The position numbers and the translations under genes were made by a program. From the NCBI GenBank assembly GCA_021613535.1, contig CP075494.1:5580001-5644000 (forward strand): a stretch of 64,000 nucleotides of DNA, in the 5' to 3' direction. Position 1 is the first letter of the stretch, and each line of letters opens with the position of its first letter. The DNA is from Adineta vaga. Taxonomy: Eukaryota > Animalia > Rotifera. Below the pieces are notes generated by a model, which saw nothing but the letters and a program-made list of their open reading frames with translations, had not been told where the DNA came from and made no database searches. Below, piece after piece: positions 61,601 to 64,000 of the stretch.

Positions 61601-63207
61601 AGGATTTTGTTTTTTCTTTCTTCAAATGAATTCATTACGATTTTGAAGCATAGTTTGAACAGTAGTTAAGATGTAATTAAGTACAGTTTTTCCACCAAGT
61701 GCACATGATAATCGATCTAATGAACTTTCACCAACGACAGCATTACTACAAAAAATGAAATGATAAAATCAATCTTTCATTGTACATATCTTTACCTATC
61801 ATCTTCTTCATCTTCGATTGTATCTTTTGTTGACCATTCTGAATCATCATCTAAATCGACCATCATTTCCAATAATTGAGGAACTAAATATCAATATAAA
61901 TTTATTGATTTTTATTCGTTTTCTTATTTCGAAGTTTTTACCAAGTCTATTAAGATATTTCTTAGCAACTTTTCGTACCATTCCACTAGCTGTTTCTGCA
62001 AGAGTAATTAAAACTTCAAGTGCTAAATGACGACGTGATTCTTCAAATTTTTCTTTTTCTTGCATTGTCTAAATCCCAAGAAATTCATAAAAGTAACCTT
62101 CATACATATAATTTCAATACAAACTTGAAGACATAGATTGAAAATTTCATCGATTGCAGGCCGAAGATATTTTGGAATATTTTCCGCAATATCAACCAAT
62201 GCTTTCAAAACGGTATCATCATCCGTATGAGTTAAACTATGTGTGACAGTCTAAAATTCATTGTTAGAGAATAAATTGAAATTGAAACTAAGTAAAGAAG
62301 TCAACCTACCGAAAGAAAAGATGGTAAACAATCTCGATAGATATTCAACACTTGTGTATTATCGCAATTATGTTTAAGATAAGCAGCAAATGCTGTTGCA
62401 GCTGTATAACGAACTTTAGTTTCTTGATCATTTAAACAACTCAAGAAAATTTGATGAATTATTTGAGTTAATTGTTCAGCTTGATTACCAAATATTCCTG
62501 GAAAAGCTCTAAAGAAATTGTTGAATTAGGAAAACGAATGGATTATGAGAGTATTCAATTACTCAAAAATGATTAAAGATGCTTCTTTTAATGCGCTATG
62601 TGGTGAATTAGCCGATTGAAAAAGAAATTCCATAATTTCTGGCCATTGTGATTGATCATTTTCATCTGAATGAAATTGAATTGTAAGAGAAAATATTCAA
62701 ATCGATTTTGTAATACAATACCCATTAAATTTCTGGCTAATTCAGCAGCAACATAACAAACTTTTTTTCGAATATTTTCATCATCATCTAATTGTGTTAT
62801 ACGAGTGAGCAATTCTTTTTTCAAAGCCATTTGTTGATCAGGGGAATATTTTGACCAAAAATTCTCGAAATTTGATTGAAATAATCGTCGAAGTAAAACA
62901 GCAGCGAATGCTCGTAACTTGAATAAAAATGGATTGATAATCAAAGAAGATTTCTCAGACAAATTTGCACTCTTACCGGTGTACCTAATGCTAAATTTCG
63001 TAATGTTGACATTAACAAAATTGTTTTTTGTTCATCGGGTATCTCTTGATAGATTGCCTAGTAAATATGATGATTTGAAATAGAAAAGATCATTTAGTCT
63101 ATGTTTAAACAAACCTCGGCAGCTGTTCGTTTATCATTATCGGGTTGTAAACATTCTTGTAAAGTAACAAGAAATTTTTGTTCATCTGTTGTTGATTCTG
63201 TTGTCAT
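58682..63207 (-). CDS. IPO5: Importin-5 (karyopherin beta-3/RanBP5), multi-exon
   Basis: [80 protein letters not shown] and [12 protein letters not shown]. Confidence 0.93.
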
Positions 63208-64000
63208 TGTTGGTTGTTTTGTTATTGTTTTTTGATAAAGAAAGAAAAGATTTCTATTACAGATGATTAATAGAAAGAAAAACTTAAAAGAGAAGTATTA
63301 TCTAGAAAAAATAATTAATAAAGTAACTTATATAATACAACAAATGAATCAATGCGCCATCCAAAGAAATCCTTAGTAGTAATTATGGAATACGACCCTT
63401 TGTTTGTTACAAATGATGTCATCCAATCAAGAATAGCATTCCACTATTTTAGAACAAGTTTATAGTTTTAGAAATTATATGGGAGAAAAATTATGAGATT
63501 TAGAGAAGAAAATGTAGAAAATATTTTCGAATTTCAATTTGAAAATTCATGAATTTTTATTATTCATATCTGAGCGACATCTATCGAAAGATTTGATAGA
63601 CGATTTCATAAAACTATATTGTTTAGAAAAATGAATTTGCTTTATAATTCAGAATTTTCAATTCAATAAATCCATCACCTTGATCTTCAAGTCGCGAGCA
63701 AATGAAAGAACTATTATTATCTATCTCTTTGATTTTGAAAGCGAAATAAAATTATGGTTGTGCGACACGATACATAATGATTGAAATCTTCACCTTGAGT
63801 TTCTCATCCGACAATTATGTACGCTTCAGTTGCATAACTATACTTTTGAAATATTTCTTTAAAAGGTTATTTAGTTCTTTCTTCTTTTTTTATAAATAGA
63901 CACAAGTTGACGAGGGGTTCTTCACTTTTTAGGTATCATTTACATTAAGTTTCATTTCATTTTTTCGAGTACATATAATGTTTCTCTTCATTGCACACAA

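Noticed and set aside
63541-63553. GAAnnTTCnnGAA heat-shock element upstream of IPO5
   Set aside because: Easily arises by chance in AT-rich DNA; no supporting evidence.
1-64000. Prokaryotic origin, operons or CRISPR arrays
   Set aside because: Spliceosomal introns and animal-specific genes occur throughout, and no repeat-spacer array was seen.

Overview
AT-rich (roughly 30% GC by eye), gene-dense eukaryotic DNA with very short GT-AG introns (mostly 50-65 nt). The gene content fits a bdelloid rotifer (Adineta/Rotaria-like); this is an inference from intron size, orphan 7TM GPCRs, TIR, ART-like-TPR, pentapeptide and F-box-like families, and many bacterial/fungal-type enzymes. About 27 intact genes are present, plus one partial gene and two pseudogenes. 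Metazoan core genes include importin-5, an Ariadne RBR ligase, a BMP/TGF-beta ligand, nicotinamidase and GPCRs. Probable horizontally acquired enzymes include an Asp-box sialidase-like protein, an antigen-85-like esterase, acyltransferase-3, 3-hydroxyacyl-CoA dehydrogenase, epoxide hydrolase, tandem acetoin reductases, AIM24 and a pentapeptide-repeat protein. Most notable: (1) a head-to-head pair of an esterase-GT47 glycosyltransferase fusion and a membrane acyltransferase-3, beside a secreted esterase, which is a candidate glycan build/acylate/deacylate cluster; (2) a urea transporter fused to four ankyrin modules; (3) two helical-TIR-SAM proteins with the catalytic Glu, one ending in a CaaX box, near a secreted nicotinamidase and a 15-exon DUF4590/pseudo-ART/TPR gene in an immunity-flavoured block; (4) near-identical tracts between otherwise diverged paralogues, suggesting gene conversion; (5) a BMP lacking the dimer cysteine; (6) a repeat-bearing hydrophilin. 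All family calls come from motif recognition by eye; no database searches were run.
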